Source of the DNA: the human T2T-CHM13v2.0 reference genome, Homo sapiens
Strand: one strand, 5' to 3'
Assembly (NCBI RefSeq): GCF_009914755.1
Contig: NC_060927.1
DNA length: 64,000 bases
The translations under genes and the position numbers were made by a program. Position 1 is the first letter of the stretch, and each line of letters begins with the position of its first letter. The notes below the pieces were generated by a model. That model was not told the DNA's origin. It searched no databases and saw only the letters and a list, made by a program, of their open reading frames with translations. Below are positions 42,241-55,339 of this stretch, piece by piece.

Positions 42241-43689
42241 GTCACATATTCTTTCTATTTACATTTCATTGGCCAAAAGTTAATAACATGGTAATGCATA
42301 ATTATAAGAGAAGCTAAGAAATGTAGATTTTTTTCTGGGTGGCCATCTACTTAGTTAATTTTAGAAATTTCATTTATGTAGGAGAAAATATACTAGAGAA
42401 AAATCAGTAAACTTGGCCAAAAAGAATCTATTGGTTTCAAAATCCAGAGTTCATGCAATTATCAAGCATTTTAAAAACATTCTTCAATCAGTGAGAGTTT
42501 GATTTCCAGTTTAAAATGAGGACGAAGAAGAACGAGATAAAGAAGAGCTGGCAAATCTTTTAGATTAATGATAAATATGTGCAAAAACAAACATCTATTC
42601 AGAACTTTCAAATGAGTAAATATTAATATATACATAAAAGCCACATAACAACACTTGGCACGTAAATCAGCACTGCATAACCTCTACCCATTATGACTTT
42701 TGTGGATGTTACTATAATTCTGCAGCAATATATGACTAATCTGCCTAGATAAGTTTAATTGCTTTTATCATTAGGGAGGTTGTTTCCCACACATTCTCAA
42801 TTAGGGTCACACATTCTCAATTAGGGGAATAATATTTCTGATGCTAATTTTTTAAGCCATCAGTTTTCTCTCTCTTTAAAAAGCTCAGAGTCCAGCCACA
42901 TATCTTGTTCCATTTTACTCTAGTGGTCTTGATTTTATCCCACTTTATCTTTGCAATTATTAATGATCATTACAGCGAATCAAGCATTCTTTCTGTAATG
43001 CGAATTGGTAATAGTCAAGGATAAATAATGTATAGACCCCCAGCAAGAGGGAAAACAAAACACATAATTAAAGGCAAATTAAATAAAGAAATGCTAGAAA
43101 AATTAATGGTGAAGCATCTGTAAAACTCATTTTAGGAAACTCAGAAATAAGTGTTCTTGTATTTGCATATGTCTACTCTGTACTGAACTCCAATCAGAAA
43201 AACAAATTGTATTTTTTTTGGAGTATTTATCCCTAACTCTGTGGTAGGTACTGCAAGTAAAAGGAAATAAATAATACTCACTACATATTCGGTTCTTATA
43301 ATGAATACCCAAATAATATCATTGCTAGTAAGCCCGGGAGACATAATTTTATTATAATTGTTACTATTCTACTTTTAAAAATGCAATAATTGAGGCGCAG
43401 AGAAGTTAATTTATTCATACCATCACACACCTAGAAAGCCAACTGGAATTAGTACCAAGATTTTTCTGAATACAAAGTCAGTGTTCTTCCATTGCTGCTT
43501 ATGAACTAAAAATATTCTCTTTATCTTCCCCTTGCTTCACTGCTCCACCCCCATTTCCAAGCCCAAGGAATAATAAACGACTGGATTGTAAAATTTAAGG
43601 ACACTTTTCCAGGCTTCAATCTTTCCATTAGGTGACACTTTAAAAGAAAGAAAATCAACCACTTGGTGTATGGTTCTTTTAAAAAATAT

Positions 43690-44295
43690 ATATGATAACT
43701 GTATGGAAATATAATTCACATACCATAAAATTAACCTCTGTAGTATTTTTTAGCGTATACACAGAGTTGTGCAACCATCACCAGTATCTAATGTTAAGTA
43801 TTTTATCACCCCCAAAAGAAACTACATAACCCATTAGCACTCAGTCCTAGTCATCCCTCTTCCTCTAGCCTCTGGCAACCACTGATTTATTTTCTGTCTC
43901 CAGAGAGTTCCATTTTCTGGACATTTCATATAAAAAGAATCATACAATATGTGTTCTTTCATAACTAGCTTCTTCTACTTAGCATAATGATTTTATGGTC
44001 ATTCATGTTGTAGCATGTACACTCTATTTCTTTTTATTTCTAGATAATCTTCTATTGCATGGATGTGCCACCCTTATCCATTTATCAGTTAATGGATGTT
44101 TGGCTTGTTTCTACTCTTTGGCTATTATGAATAATGCCATTATGAATATTTGCATACAAATTGTTGTGTGTACAAAACTTTTCTCTTGGATATATATCTA
44201 GGAATATAATTGATATTTCATATGATAATTCCATGTTTAAACTTTTGTGGAACTCCCAAACTGTTTTCCAAAGTGACTGTACCACTTTACCTTCT
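43690..44295 (-). mobile_element. L1MB-type 3' region
   Basis: acacagagttgtgcaaccatcacc...ttctggacatttcatataaa...aaactgttttccaaagtgactgtaccacttta. Confidence 0.8.
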
Positions 44296-45031
44296 TATCT
44301 ATTCTATGCACACCCCGCTATTGTATTTTGGAAGAAGATAACTTGTTTTCTAATTTTACAAGTTTACAGATTAAGAGAAATTTTGCCCCCAAATGAATCA
44401 TACCCTGAGTCACCTATAACTGATTTAAATTATGGCATTTGGGATTTTGAGTTGATATTGCTTAAGTGAGAGTTTTCACTCAAAATTGCAGCTGGAATGG
44501 TGAAGACTTTGGGGCATATTGGTATAGAGTAAATATATTTTTTATATGGAAATAACTTGGATTTTGTGGGGACAGAGGAGTGCTGTTATGGGTTGAATTG
44601 TATTCACCAAAAATATATGTTAATATCCTAACAACACCCGGTACTTCAGAATGTGACATTTTTATTTTTTTTTTGGAAATAGAGTCATTGCAGATGAAAT
44701 TAAATTAACATTAGGTCATACCAAAGTGGGATAGTGTCTTAATTCAATACGATGGGTATCCTTATAAAAAAAGGACAGAGACATGATGGGTGAATGCAAT
44801 GTGAATACAGAGGCAGAGATTAGAGTTATGCTGCCACAATCCAAAGGATATTTGGGGTAACAGAAGCTGAGAAAGGCAAAGAAAGATTCTCCCAAAGAGG
44901 CTTCAGGCAGAGCATGTCCCAGTCAGCACCTCAATTTCAGAGTTTTGGAATTGAAAACTGTGAGATAATCAATTTCTGTTATTTTAAGCAACCAAGTTTG
45001 TGTTACTTTTTCATATCAGTCTAGAAAATAC
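44296..45031 (+). mobile_element. MLT1 internal 3' end (44296-44583) plus MLT1B/C LTR (44584-45031)
   Basis: Purine tract gtggggacagaggagtgc followed by tgttatgggttgaattgt...; LTR ends ...ctagaaaataca. Confidence 0.75.
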
Positions 45032-45321
45032 ATATGCTCTAGGGAAATAGAACATTTTGTATTTTATAAAGTGCTTAATCCTATATTAATCTGATTGTTT
45101 ACCATGAAAATGATAAAGAACTACCATAAAAATATATAAATTCTTCAGTCCAAAGAAGTCAAATTATTGTCCTTACAACTCAAACATGATTCTTCTGCCT
45201 GGGATTTCTAAATGGAATTAAAACTAGTATTTTTTAAATTCAGAGATCTTCCCAGTGATTGAAATTATTCACCCAAATTTGTTTGCATGGGTTCCCTGGA
45301 AGATGTGACTGGTAAGTTTAG

Positions 45322-45521
45322 CAAAAAAGAAAAAAAAAGGAAAGGAAAGAAAAGGAAAGAAAAGAGAAAAGCAAAACAAGAAAAGAAGGAAGGAAAGAAG
45401 GGAAAGAGAGAGAGGGGGAGGGAAGGAGGGAGGAAGGAAGGAAGGAGGAAGGAAGGAAAAGGAAGAAAGAAAGAAAAAGAAAGAAAGAGAGAGGGAGGGA
45501 GGGAGGAACGAAGGAAAGAAA
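45322..45521. repeat. Polypurine (GAAA/GGAA/GGGA)n low-complexity tract
   Basis: ~200 bp almost entirely A/G on the plus strand. Confidence 0.95.
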
Positions 45522-46182
45522 GCGGTAAGCTGTAGGTTAGGTCAAAGAGAGAAAGAGAAGCAAATTATCCCCACCATACCTCTTGTTCTCATATTAAGGA
45601 ATGGCATGGGCAATGTCACCACTGAATCTGTAGTTAGCCAAGTGTAAAAGTGTTTTTCATCAGTGAGGTACTTGGTTTACAAAATTCAACATGCATGTGG
45701 TAGATTATTACAGTTTTCACCAATATTTCTCTGAAAGTTAGTATGCTGATCTTGAAGATATTTCCCTTCCAGTTAACTCTAAGATCTATAAAGTTCATAA
45801 AAATGTGCAGAGGAGGATGAAGACATAAAGAATTAAAGACTTCACAAATTCTATCATGTGAAAAACTTTGTTCCCTATTTTCATGTACAATACTGTTTTA
45901 AATCCAAACATGCCAAAGCACTTAAGAAAACCTAAACTTACAAATGTATCTTTGTTATTATCTACATATAACAAGTATGAGGAGAAAGATAAGGGATCAG
46001 GAGGTCATGGGATTTATCTAAATTACAAAAGTCTAAAACAAATCAGTAGTCAGATACAAAAATTCATATTCTGCAATTTATAATCCTAGCTACATATTAC
46101 TGGAATCTTCTGCCAATGATGAATTTTTCTATCACGAAGCAGTAGAGAAGACACTTTTTTTTTTTTTTTTTTGGTCAAGAAC

Positions 46183-46640
46183 TGTGAAGAGTTTGGGATT
46201 TTACCCTACTTACAAGTTAAGCAGTTATCCTATTACTGTTTGTGTAGCCTGGCAGAAGACAGAGACTCCTAGGTGGATAACAAAGGACTTTATAATTGAC
46301 AGAAAGAACACTAGCCACAGATTTATATTGGTTTGTGTTGGTTCCTATGCTCCCCTTAAGCCACGATGGGATGTAAAGGGTTCATCATAGATGCCTGCAT
46401 ATCAGTCTGCTGTGTTATCTGAAGGAACCACTGAACTTGGAGGATTTATTGCTTTGTCAGTGAGCAAAAGCAAGCCTGCTCTTATATGAATCTCATCGAT
46501 CCATGTAAATCACATGGCACAGTTATTGAATATTTGCACCTTCAACCACCTTTTATGACAAGGCTACTCAGACATAAAAAGTATATGAAATTTTATCATT
46601 TATATAGAAACAAAAGTGTGGTAGTCTTTGTGTCTCAACA
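46183..46640 (-). mobile_element. LTR40-like solo LTR (ERVL class)
   Basis: TG...CA ends; gattttaccctacttacaag...ggcagaagacagagactcctagg...caaaggacttta; related to 53952-54395. Confidence 0.55.
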
Positions 46641-49600
46641 CACTCACTTTGGGTTACCATTGAGGGCATCAACCAGAGCAGCATAGTACAGGGCTAGTCA
46701 GGTCCATATGAGTTTTTCTGTATTTATAGCATTTGGACAGAGATGACAAACCTAACAGCAAATCAGATTGCCAGCCTCAGTTGCTCCTTGATTCAGATGG
46801 TGGTCCTAGATTTAAGGAACAAAGCAAAACTTAATAGCTCTCACCCACTTCCTGAACCTCCTAAGGTCTAATATATTCATTTCCCAAATGCTAAAGTTTT
46901 TGTTTCTTCTTTATCACTACAAATTTCTGTGTCCCAGTTCAGAAGATATAACTTCACCTTTATTTCCCAATCAGCCCCTACTTACATCCACATATATCAC
47001 GTAGAAAGGTCAGGGTGGAATCTCAAATCTTCAAAATAGGTCCATATGACCATATTTTGTCCTAATCATTACCTAGTTAACAGCCAAGGGGAGCAGGTCT
47101 ATTTCTGGAGACCTTCTAGCCTCATTTAGTAACCCTACTGCTAAGTTGGTAAGGACAATAGAGTAAAAAATTTTCCCAAGAATGTTCAGGAACACCCAGG
47201 GCCCATGAACAGTTGCCTTTCCAACACTTTATCAAGCACCCACTAAATATAAACACAGGAAAACAAAACTTAAATTTGATGCAGCATATTTTTTTTCTAA
47301 GAAATTTTAGTGGAAACAGACGGACAAAATTTATATGACACAAAAATGTGAAAATTAGCATACAAAATGGCACAGTCATTGGACCTTATTATCTTCTATT
47401 CTTTTCCTTTTACTACTCTTCCTAATTATCCATTGTTTATAAGCCTTCTTAATTGTGAATCTTTGACTATGGAATTTTTTCACCTATGTACTTCTTACAA
47501 CTAATCTGAGTCTCTGCCTTTATTCTTAGCCTTTCTATTGAAACTCTCAAATTCTAATTTTAATTTTGTTTCAATAAGTCTTCAGATGATAAGGCTGATT
47601 GTATTCACAGCATTTCTGCATGACATCCCACACACCCTCAAATTGAGACTGTCTTTAAATTAACTCTTCCTCCCCTTCTCCTCTACCCTTTGTCTCCATT
47701 TTCCCCTCGTATCTTACAATGGCAGAGACAACCATTCTAATTTTTAGACTCAAAATGAAGAAGTCAAACCTAACTTTCATGTCACTTATTCCAAAAGATT
47801 CAACAAGGCTGAAGTCTCAGAACTATCTCTTTGATCTTCCTTTGCTTTCTTTTTTCACCATTCACATCAAAGTGCAAGATATCATTGCCCCATTTCTTCA
47901 AAATTCATAACCGTAACTGCCACCTCAATTACTACGTTAAAACCATTTATTTCAACACATTACCATCCTGCTCAAGAATGTACCATGACCCTCCATTATC
48001 TATTGGATCAAATCCATATATTTGTATTAGTTTTACTCAAAAGTATTCTCTTTAACAAATACGCCATTTGGATTCAAGCCGAGCTGAATTTCTCATTTGT
48101 TTTGTGAGTCAGGCTTTTTGCTTTAAAATTGAGAGGATTCGGTTACATAAAAGAATCTGTAAAGTTGTCTTTTTTCCTATGGTTCTCATTTTACACATAT
48201 ACACACACTTATATTTATTGTCTTTTTAAGGTAATTGTTGAAAGTGCGACACATCTAGTCAGAAACAGGATTTATTCACGGACTTAAAGAGACAAAAATA
48301 TGCCTTTTATGGACACTCTGGCTTGTCTAACAGAAATATCTGTAACCTCTGTCCCACTGTGTATCATACTAATGTTCTCCAGTAAGCTTCTTTGTACTAT
48401 GCGACATACCAGAAAGGAGTCTGAATATCCCCTTTTGATATCCGAGATGGTAAATTATTTGCATACAATCTTTATACGTGTCTATAGTTTTTTGAAGTTC
48501 AACTGATGTGTAAATATGTTTATCAACAAACAATATATCATATCTACTATTTTAACTACTCAAAATGCAGAATTTCATAGTACTAAAATTTTCATTAAAA
48601 TTGCTTTGCTAACTCATTTTTATTATCTCTAAGTCATGTAGAAACACTTACCTTTTTAGCTTTCTGAAACTGGGGAGATATGGTGGGAATATCACAGATT
48701 TTAGAAGGAAGATAATTTTAAAGTTTCTTTCTCTATATCTTTGCAATTAACTGTAGCCAAGACATTTACACAACAAAGCCCATGTCTAGTAGTTGGAACC
48801 CCAAGCATCACAACCATGTTGTCAGATATTTTTTGCTTGTCTTCACATGGGTATATCCACCAGACTCACTAGCCATGATTCTGCCTCTGATTTGAGCCTA
48901 TGCATGCCTCCCTGGTCTTAAACTGACATGAGCTTTCTGACTTTAATAATTGCCCTCCTCCTCTCTCCTTGTAACCTAAGACTGACCCAACCTCCCTATG
49001 CCCCACCACTAAAATGAAGTATGGAATGTGGATTGAAGGGCTTATTAAAAAGAGTCTTTTGCTACAAATAAATTCCATATTTTCTATTTTTCCTTCATCC
49101 ATGTTTTACATTTATACCACCACACCGATAATAGAAGCCTTATATTTTGTTTTTGAGCCATCTGTTTTCTTCATAAATGAAAACTAGTCATATTGCTAAG
49201 GTTATTCTTATCAGTAAAGTGACCCCTCTTACCTGTCCATCCTAACCCTTGCAATCCTCTAAAGCCATTTTAAATCTTGTCAACTTTCCAATAACCCCAG
49301 TCCATATTGACTTCCCTGTCTTGACCTTCCAAACCACTTATTAGATGTGCCATGAATGTTGACATTGGATTATATCCCATTTAGAACCATGTGTCATCTC
49401 ATAGTATTCTCTGATATTGCAGCTAGAGGGAGGGGAAGTAACTGAGGTATCAATTTTCTTGTGAAGAGAGATAAGTAAACAGATAATATAGATGCTGACC
49501 AAAAAATATTTTTCTCAACCTAGAATTTTGGACAACCCATAAGAGACCCAGTGCATATTAGATATTGAATTAAAATGTGTCTCCAGTGAATAAGCAATTC

Positions 49601-50699
49601 ATAAATAAGTAAAGGGATTGTAATAATGTAACTACCTATTTCCCAAATTGGGTTTACCTTATCTTCCTTATGGCACAGGTTGAAGTACATGGTATGTTCT
49701 CTTCCTCTATTATGAAAAGAGAAGGTCAGGAACTTGCTACTTAGTTGTAAATTTGGAGTTCTACCTTTTGAAAAAGCGTTGGTGATGTCATATTGAAGTT
49801 CTGCTTCTTAAAAGTAAGTTTAAAACGTATTCTGCCATCTGTACTTGAAGAACAAATAAATACTGATTTTAAACTTTATTCTGAAACAATCTACATGGGA
49901 ATTTTTGTATCTTTTTCTGGGAATTTAAGCACAGAAATATTGGATAATACCAAAACAGATGTATATTAACACTTTCCTTATTCCCTGAATATTGTTACAA
50001 TTAGGAAGGCCATTTAAAAACGTGCAAGGGTATTTTTAGTAAGCCATGATTATTATCAAGACTTATTTTCAAAACTCTGTTTCCATGGGCACATTGAATA
50101 TCAAATTTATTTATCAGAATCTGATTTCAGTAAAGAAAATTGACTACAAATTTACTGAAAATTGTTTATGTGAAGAAATTACAAGTGCTATTAATACTTA
50201 CAGGTAGACAAATGATTAGAGAAGGTAGTAGTTTGATGTGAAGATATAGGACTTCACAGTAATGTTCAGTTGTACCAAACACTTCTTAAGAAAATGAGAA
50301 ATGTAGTCCCAAGGTCTCAGGCAATTTTCTTTCCTGTAAAAACAATGTTCTCTTCTATTTTTTATCCAAAAGGAGATAATTGGTTTTGGTATTTGTTTCT
50401 CTAGAAAGGTTAAGAGAGAAACTCTCCAGCAGAATAATCCTTTAGTTTCTTGATAAATTCTTTCTTTTTAGTGCTATTTCACTGTTCTCTATACAGAGTT
50501 GCTAACTGCTGAAATGGGGTTAAGTCCCCACTGAGGACGAGAAGTCTGATCATTTCCCAGAAGGTGGTTAGGGTTGTGGAAGCATCTTAGCCTCGCAAAT
50601 CCTGGGCTACTGTAAAGGCCACATATTTTTTGAAAGTTTCTGTGAGGTCACACTGTAGCTGAGACTCTTATGTATAAACCCAGCGTCCAGTGTCCTCTT

Positions 50700-51135
50700 C
50701 ACACTTAAAGACAGGACTCTGCTTTCATGAGGATTGATATAGCCAGCTGAAAAAGTTCATTTCTAAGCCTCTCTTTGAAATGGAGTAGGTATGTGATCAA
50801 TGCTTTGGCTCAATTTTACGGTCAGATGTCATTCAATAGGGCCTCTAGGAAAACTTATTAATTTGGGTTGATTCAATCAGTAAATTCCTTTTTGTGCCCT
50901 ATCTTCCTCTATTTGCAATGAGAATACGATGGTTGGAACTTCATCTGATGCAAACATGAGGCTACTGTGTAAATGAATGCATGTGTTACAAGTGGTGGGT
51001 GGAAAGATAAAAGGATTCCAGGACACTTGACACTGAGGAATCATAACCAGGTTTGGTCTCTCTATGTTCTTTCTTCATTTTACATGAACATCAATATTTT
51101 AATCATTTGCTAATTTATGTCTCTGTTATTCAAAA
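50700..51135. mobile_element. MLT1 (J/K-like) LTR relic
   Basis: gccagctgaaaaagttcatttctaagcctctctttg...atgtgatcaatgctttggc...gatggttggaact. Confidence 0.5.
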
Positions 51136-51929
51136 ATAAACATTTTTTACTGAGTTTTACTTTGTAAAAGAAAATGTAGATTACATATTCCATATTACTT
51201 TTGCTTTCCAAAGTTTGTTTAAAATTAATTGTCACCTAGCACATAGCCTGTTACATTCCTCATATGCTTAATATATACAAATTAAATAACAGAAAAGCAT
51301 TATCTATTACTTTTCACAATATTTCAAAATATAATATATAGTGGGAGAGAGAAAGAGACAGAGACAGAGAGAGATCGAGTAAAATAAGCTATGAAGAATT
51401 TTCCTGAAAATTTAACATGAAAGAATGTTGTTATTGAATTTGGGAGATTAGGATTTTTTTTAATGGAATCAGAACAAACCACTTACTCATTTGTTTTTTC
51501 TTTATAAAACAAGTTGGAATGGATTATATCAGAGATAACTTTATTTCAGGAAACTTAATATTTCAGAATTTATTATCCTACATAATACACTGTTAGGCTT
51601 TCACATCTGAATATATACCTGAGGTAATAGCAAACATTTTTAATTATGGATAATGTCAATAATATATCAAACTGTTTTTGACAGCATGCATTTCCACATC
51701 TAAGAAGTGGAAGATATGACGCTATTCAGAGGATTTTTTGTTGCTGTTGTTTGTTTTCTTTTCTTTTTAACTGAGATTAAGTCGCTTCTTCGAGTAGGCA
51801 AATCAACTTTTCAGTTGTTAGAAAGATGCTTCTTAAAGAAATTTCTCAAAATATTAAAAGGTTCCCAATAGGGATACATGTATATATCAACTCCTTTTCT
51901 TGTTCCTCCCAATAATTTCATTTGACATT

Positions 51930-52430
51930 TGTGGCAAAGATTTTAATAGACTCCCCCAAAACTAACTATTTCCTTCCTCAGTATAACAAATTCCTATTAT
52001 TAGCTGGTAACATGGTAATATTGTCATATGAATAAAAGCCACTATTCTGCTCTAATACTTCTTTGCAGCTAAGTGTGACCATGAGACTAAATTCTTCTGG
52101 TAAAAAGGTAAGAAAATAAAGTGGTATTAAGGAAAGTTTTTTTTTTCTCTCTCTCTCTAAAAATAGAAGAAGCATATATTTCCTAAAACTCTTTCTTTTT
52201 TCTGCTTCTTGGAATACGTGATCATGGATCCTTCCAACATGAGGTGTAAGACACAGGCTGGGAAGAAATGAGGTTAGGTCAGAACATATGGAGCACCCAC
52301 ATCAGCTGGAGCCCGAGACCTCTGTATCTCTTTAATGTGGGAGAATAAATAAACTGAATCTTGTTTAAGTCCTTAATCTGAGTTTTTTTCTTCTGTATGT
52401 AGCCAACACTAATTCTGATTGATATAGCAC
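51930..52430. mobile_element. MLT1 (I/J-like) LTR relic
   Basis: ctttgcagctaagtgtgaccatgagactaaattc...gagaataaataaactgaatcttgtttaag...gtagccaacactaattctgattgata. Confidence 0.55.
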
Positions 52431-53676
52431 CTATATTCTTCTATCTATAGACCACATAATGCACATTTACTGGATATCTGAGACAGGTTTAATAAAGTAA
52501 AAGTGAACTTGATCATGGAAGTTCTTAATTCTTTAACTCTTCAATCAATTTCCGATCTCTAACATACTACCTTTTTTAAAAATAGTTATTTTTAGTATGT
52601 TTTGTGCAAAATTCAACAGGCACACATTTTACTAAATTAAAATGTTCATAGAAATAGAAAAGATTACAAATCCATTAATGAAATTATCATATAGAATTCA
52701 TTTCTTTAAGTACTTCAAAATTTTAAAAATAGATTATTTAGGGGTATTATCTAACTTAAAAATTTCTGAGTTATATTTATAGAGACAGAGACATTGAAAT
52801 AGTTTCAAAAAACTTTTAGGCACTGTTTGTTCAAATCAGAGTAGGAGAATTCAAAGCAGAAATATAACTCCCATTTTGGAACTTAAACACAATAATTTTG
52901 AAAAGCTATAGTTATAGGGAAACAGTTATTATCAAGGTAGTTGATGATTTATATCCCACCTAAACATTTCTGCTTTATATCAGATGCAAATATTGTTATT
53001 TCTTGATAAATCTCAAACCAACAAGAGAAAGAGCTAGGATTTAATCCATAACCACACTCTTCAGCCTATTGCATTAACTCTATAATTTTGATTTTGTTAA
53101 CAAATAAAAATATTTTATTTGAATCTTTTTTGAATATGAAATTATAATTTCTGATTATTTACAGATAATATTGATGTCCATTACTTATATATCTCTACTT
53201 GCTGAAATGTTATTGTTTTGGCCTCTAAGTAAAACAGATAAGTCAGCAACACTGATTTGGTAAAAACAGAAGATGGAGCAAATAATGGTTTAACAGCAAA
53301 ACAAACAAACAAAAAAACTAAAAGCAACCTTGTAAGAACTAAACTTGCAAACCTAAAAATATAAAGTGATGACAGTATTAGCACAGACTGCTTAGAAACT
53401 CAAAAGAATTTTCTTAAGCGTGAAGCCTTGTGTTTGTTTTGACAGAGCTAGAGAGCCACTTCCTTGTCTCGAATCTATTTTTTTCTAAGCAAATCTATTT
53501 GTCCAAGAACTGCTTCCCAATAAGCCAAAACATTTAACTTTAAAAAGCAAAGTAATGTAACAAATGGAAAGGAAGAAGAGTGTTTCATAATTGCCTCAGA
53601 ATATTTTTAAACCATAGGTTCCCCTACATCACTCCTAAAGATTTTATTGCAATAACTGTGGTGCTTGACCCAGGCA

Positions 53677-53686
53677 TATATATATA

Positions 53687-53764
<78 letters not shown>
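53677..53764. repeat. Compound (TG)n(TA)~24 microsatellite, probably within a MER5-like relic
   Basis: atatatatatatgtatgtgtg...tgtatatata... Confidence 0.95.
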
Positions 53765-53767
<3 letters not shown>

Positions 53768-53951
53768 AACAGATATTCTTGAGATCCTTATGAAAATTTT
53801 GAGAATTTGAGAATTACTAAATCATGCTATATCATTTGTGTCATCATACATAGCATAAAATTATAGATTTAAATGAAATCAATGAATATGAGAATTCTAC
53901 ATTTACCATTGAAAAAACAACTCATTTGAATGTCAATAACTTGCTTGAATG

Positions 53952-54395
53952 TGTAGGATCTGAGATTTTCCTCCACCATAAAAATTAACTTGCCATAGTT
54001 TCATGGATATTTGCAAAAGACATGATTTCCTAGGTTAAAGATGGAAAACTTTAGCACTCACTACAGAGCCAGCAGCATGAGTTTCATGTTTATGCCAATT
54101 CTTCTTATCCCAGCAAATGTCACAGGGGTGACATGGAGCAGCACAGGTGAATGCTGCACATGTAGGACACCCTGACTTCCTATAAGGGGGCTGCATAAAA
54201 ACAACTCCAAACCTTGCCTTGTATGGAGATCCTATCTTTATTATTATAAACATCAAATAAACCTGCCCTTTATCTGGAGTAAAACACTACCACTACATTC
54301 CAAGGCTTTTCAATGTCCTTGAAAAGTCACACTGAAATAAAAGGTTAAAAACCATGCAGAAACATGAAATACCTATACAGAATTGTCTCCCAACA
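53952..54395 (-). mobile_element. LTR40-like solo LTR (ERVL class)
   Basis: Minus strand starts tgttgggagacaattc; plus strand has ttgccatagtttcatggat...aagacatgatttcctagg. Confidence 0.6.
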
Positions 54396-54772
54396 ATGGA
54401 CTTTTTATTTTTAATTAGATAATTTAAAAGGTATAATCACATGGATCTCATGGTCTTATCTCATTCTCAATATGACTTGTTCACATTTGCCTCTCCCGAA
54501 GATAGATATGAAGACTTCTCACCACCACCTCAGTAAGTTTCCTGGATATTATAAGGTGTCCACACAGCACAGTTCCATAAGGAAAAGACAAACCACAATT
54601 CTGCAGTATGAGGCTGAGTCATTCTAGCCTGTGCTTTGATATGCACTCAACTTCTCTCCTATCGGATAACTCTCCAAGGTATGTTTGGAAGCTCTATTTA
54701 GAAAGGTAGCCCTCTCTCTGGTTTCTTCTCCTTTAAAAATTCCTACTCCAAATCACAGCTTCTTTTTCTTTC

Positions 54773-55326
54773 TGTTACTAGCAGCCCTGTAGGTTCTTGT
54801 AATCTCCTGGGATAGAAATCAAGAGACATTACCAGATGTAGCAGCAAAGAGAAAGCTTCATTTAGTTGTGTACAAGGGAAATTGGCACTGTGAAAGAAAA
54901 AGGGCAGGCTGCTCCCCAAGGGTAGCCTATGGGTTAGTTTAATAGGGTCTTTCTATAGGGAAGGGTTTCGTCGGGGCACGTGAAATGCTAATGTTATGTG
55001 CGGTGTATTAAGATGCATGTGAAGCCATTGCACAAGTGCCTCTAGCATGCATCTATTTACATGCATCTTCATACACCACATGTAACATTAGCATTTTCAA
55101 TATCTATCTCTGGGCCTGATTGTTAGCATTAAAATGAGGAAAAGTCACTATGAGTTGAAACTAAAGACTAGTTGTGCATGCAGGGCTTCAGGGAAGTCCT
55201 CACCCTCCTAACACAGGAACTTGTGGTTAATAGCTTCTTGAGCCTTTGAGCTACAACTTGAGTAAGAGGCTTTTTTTTTTTTTCACATCACATCAAAACA
55301 GAAAATGAGTCAGCTCACTTGTCTTT
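54773..55326 (-). mobile_element. 3' LTR of the provirus (boundaries approximate)
   Basis: Plus-strand start tgttactagcagccctgtaggttc resembles tattactggcacccctatgcattc at 63976; polypurine tract (plus strand tttcctccctt) at about 55326-55336. Confidence 0.65.
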
Positions 55327-55339
55327 TTCCTCCCTTAAG

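Noticed and set aside
45287-45535. 82-aa Lys/Arg/Glu-rich ORF
   Set aside because: Translation of a purine-rich simple repeat.
46146-46172. Poly-T run (also 30411-30424) as a processed-pseudogene tail
   Set aside because: No flanking TSD or recognisable mRNA body.
48240-48480. Slight CpG enrichment as an exon or regulatory island
   Set aside because: Far too few CpGs for an island, and no coherent ORF with splice sites.
46183-54395. Two LTR40-like LTRs in the same orientation ~7.3 kb apart as one provirus
   Set aside because: The copies are strongly diverged from each other, the intervening DNA has no gag/pol remnants, and no shared TSD was seen.
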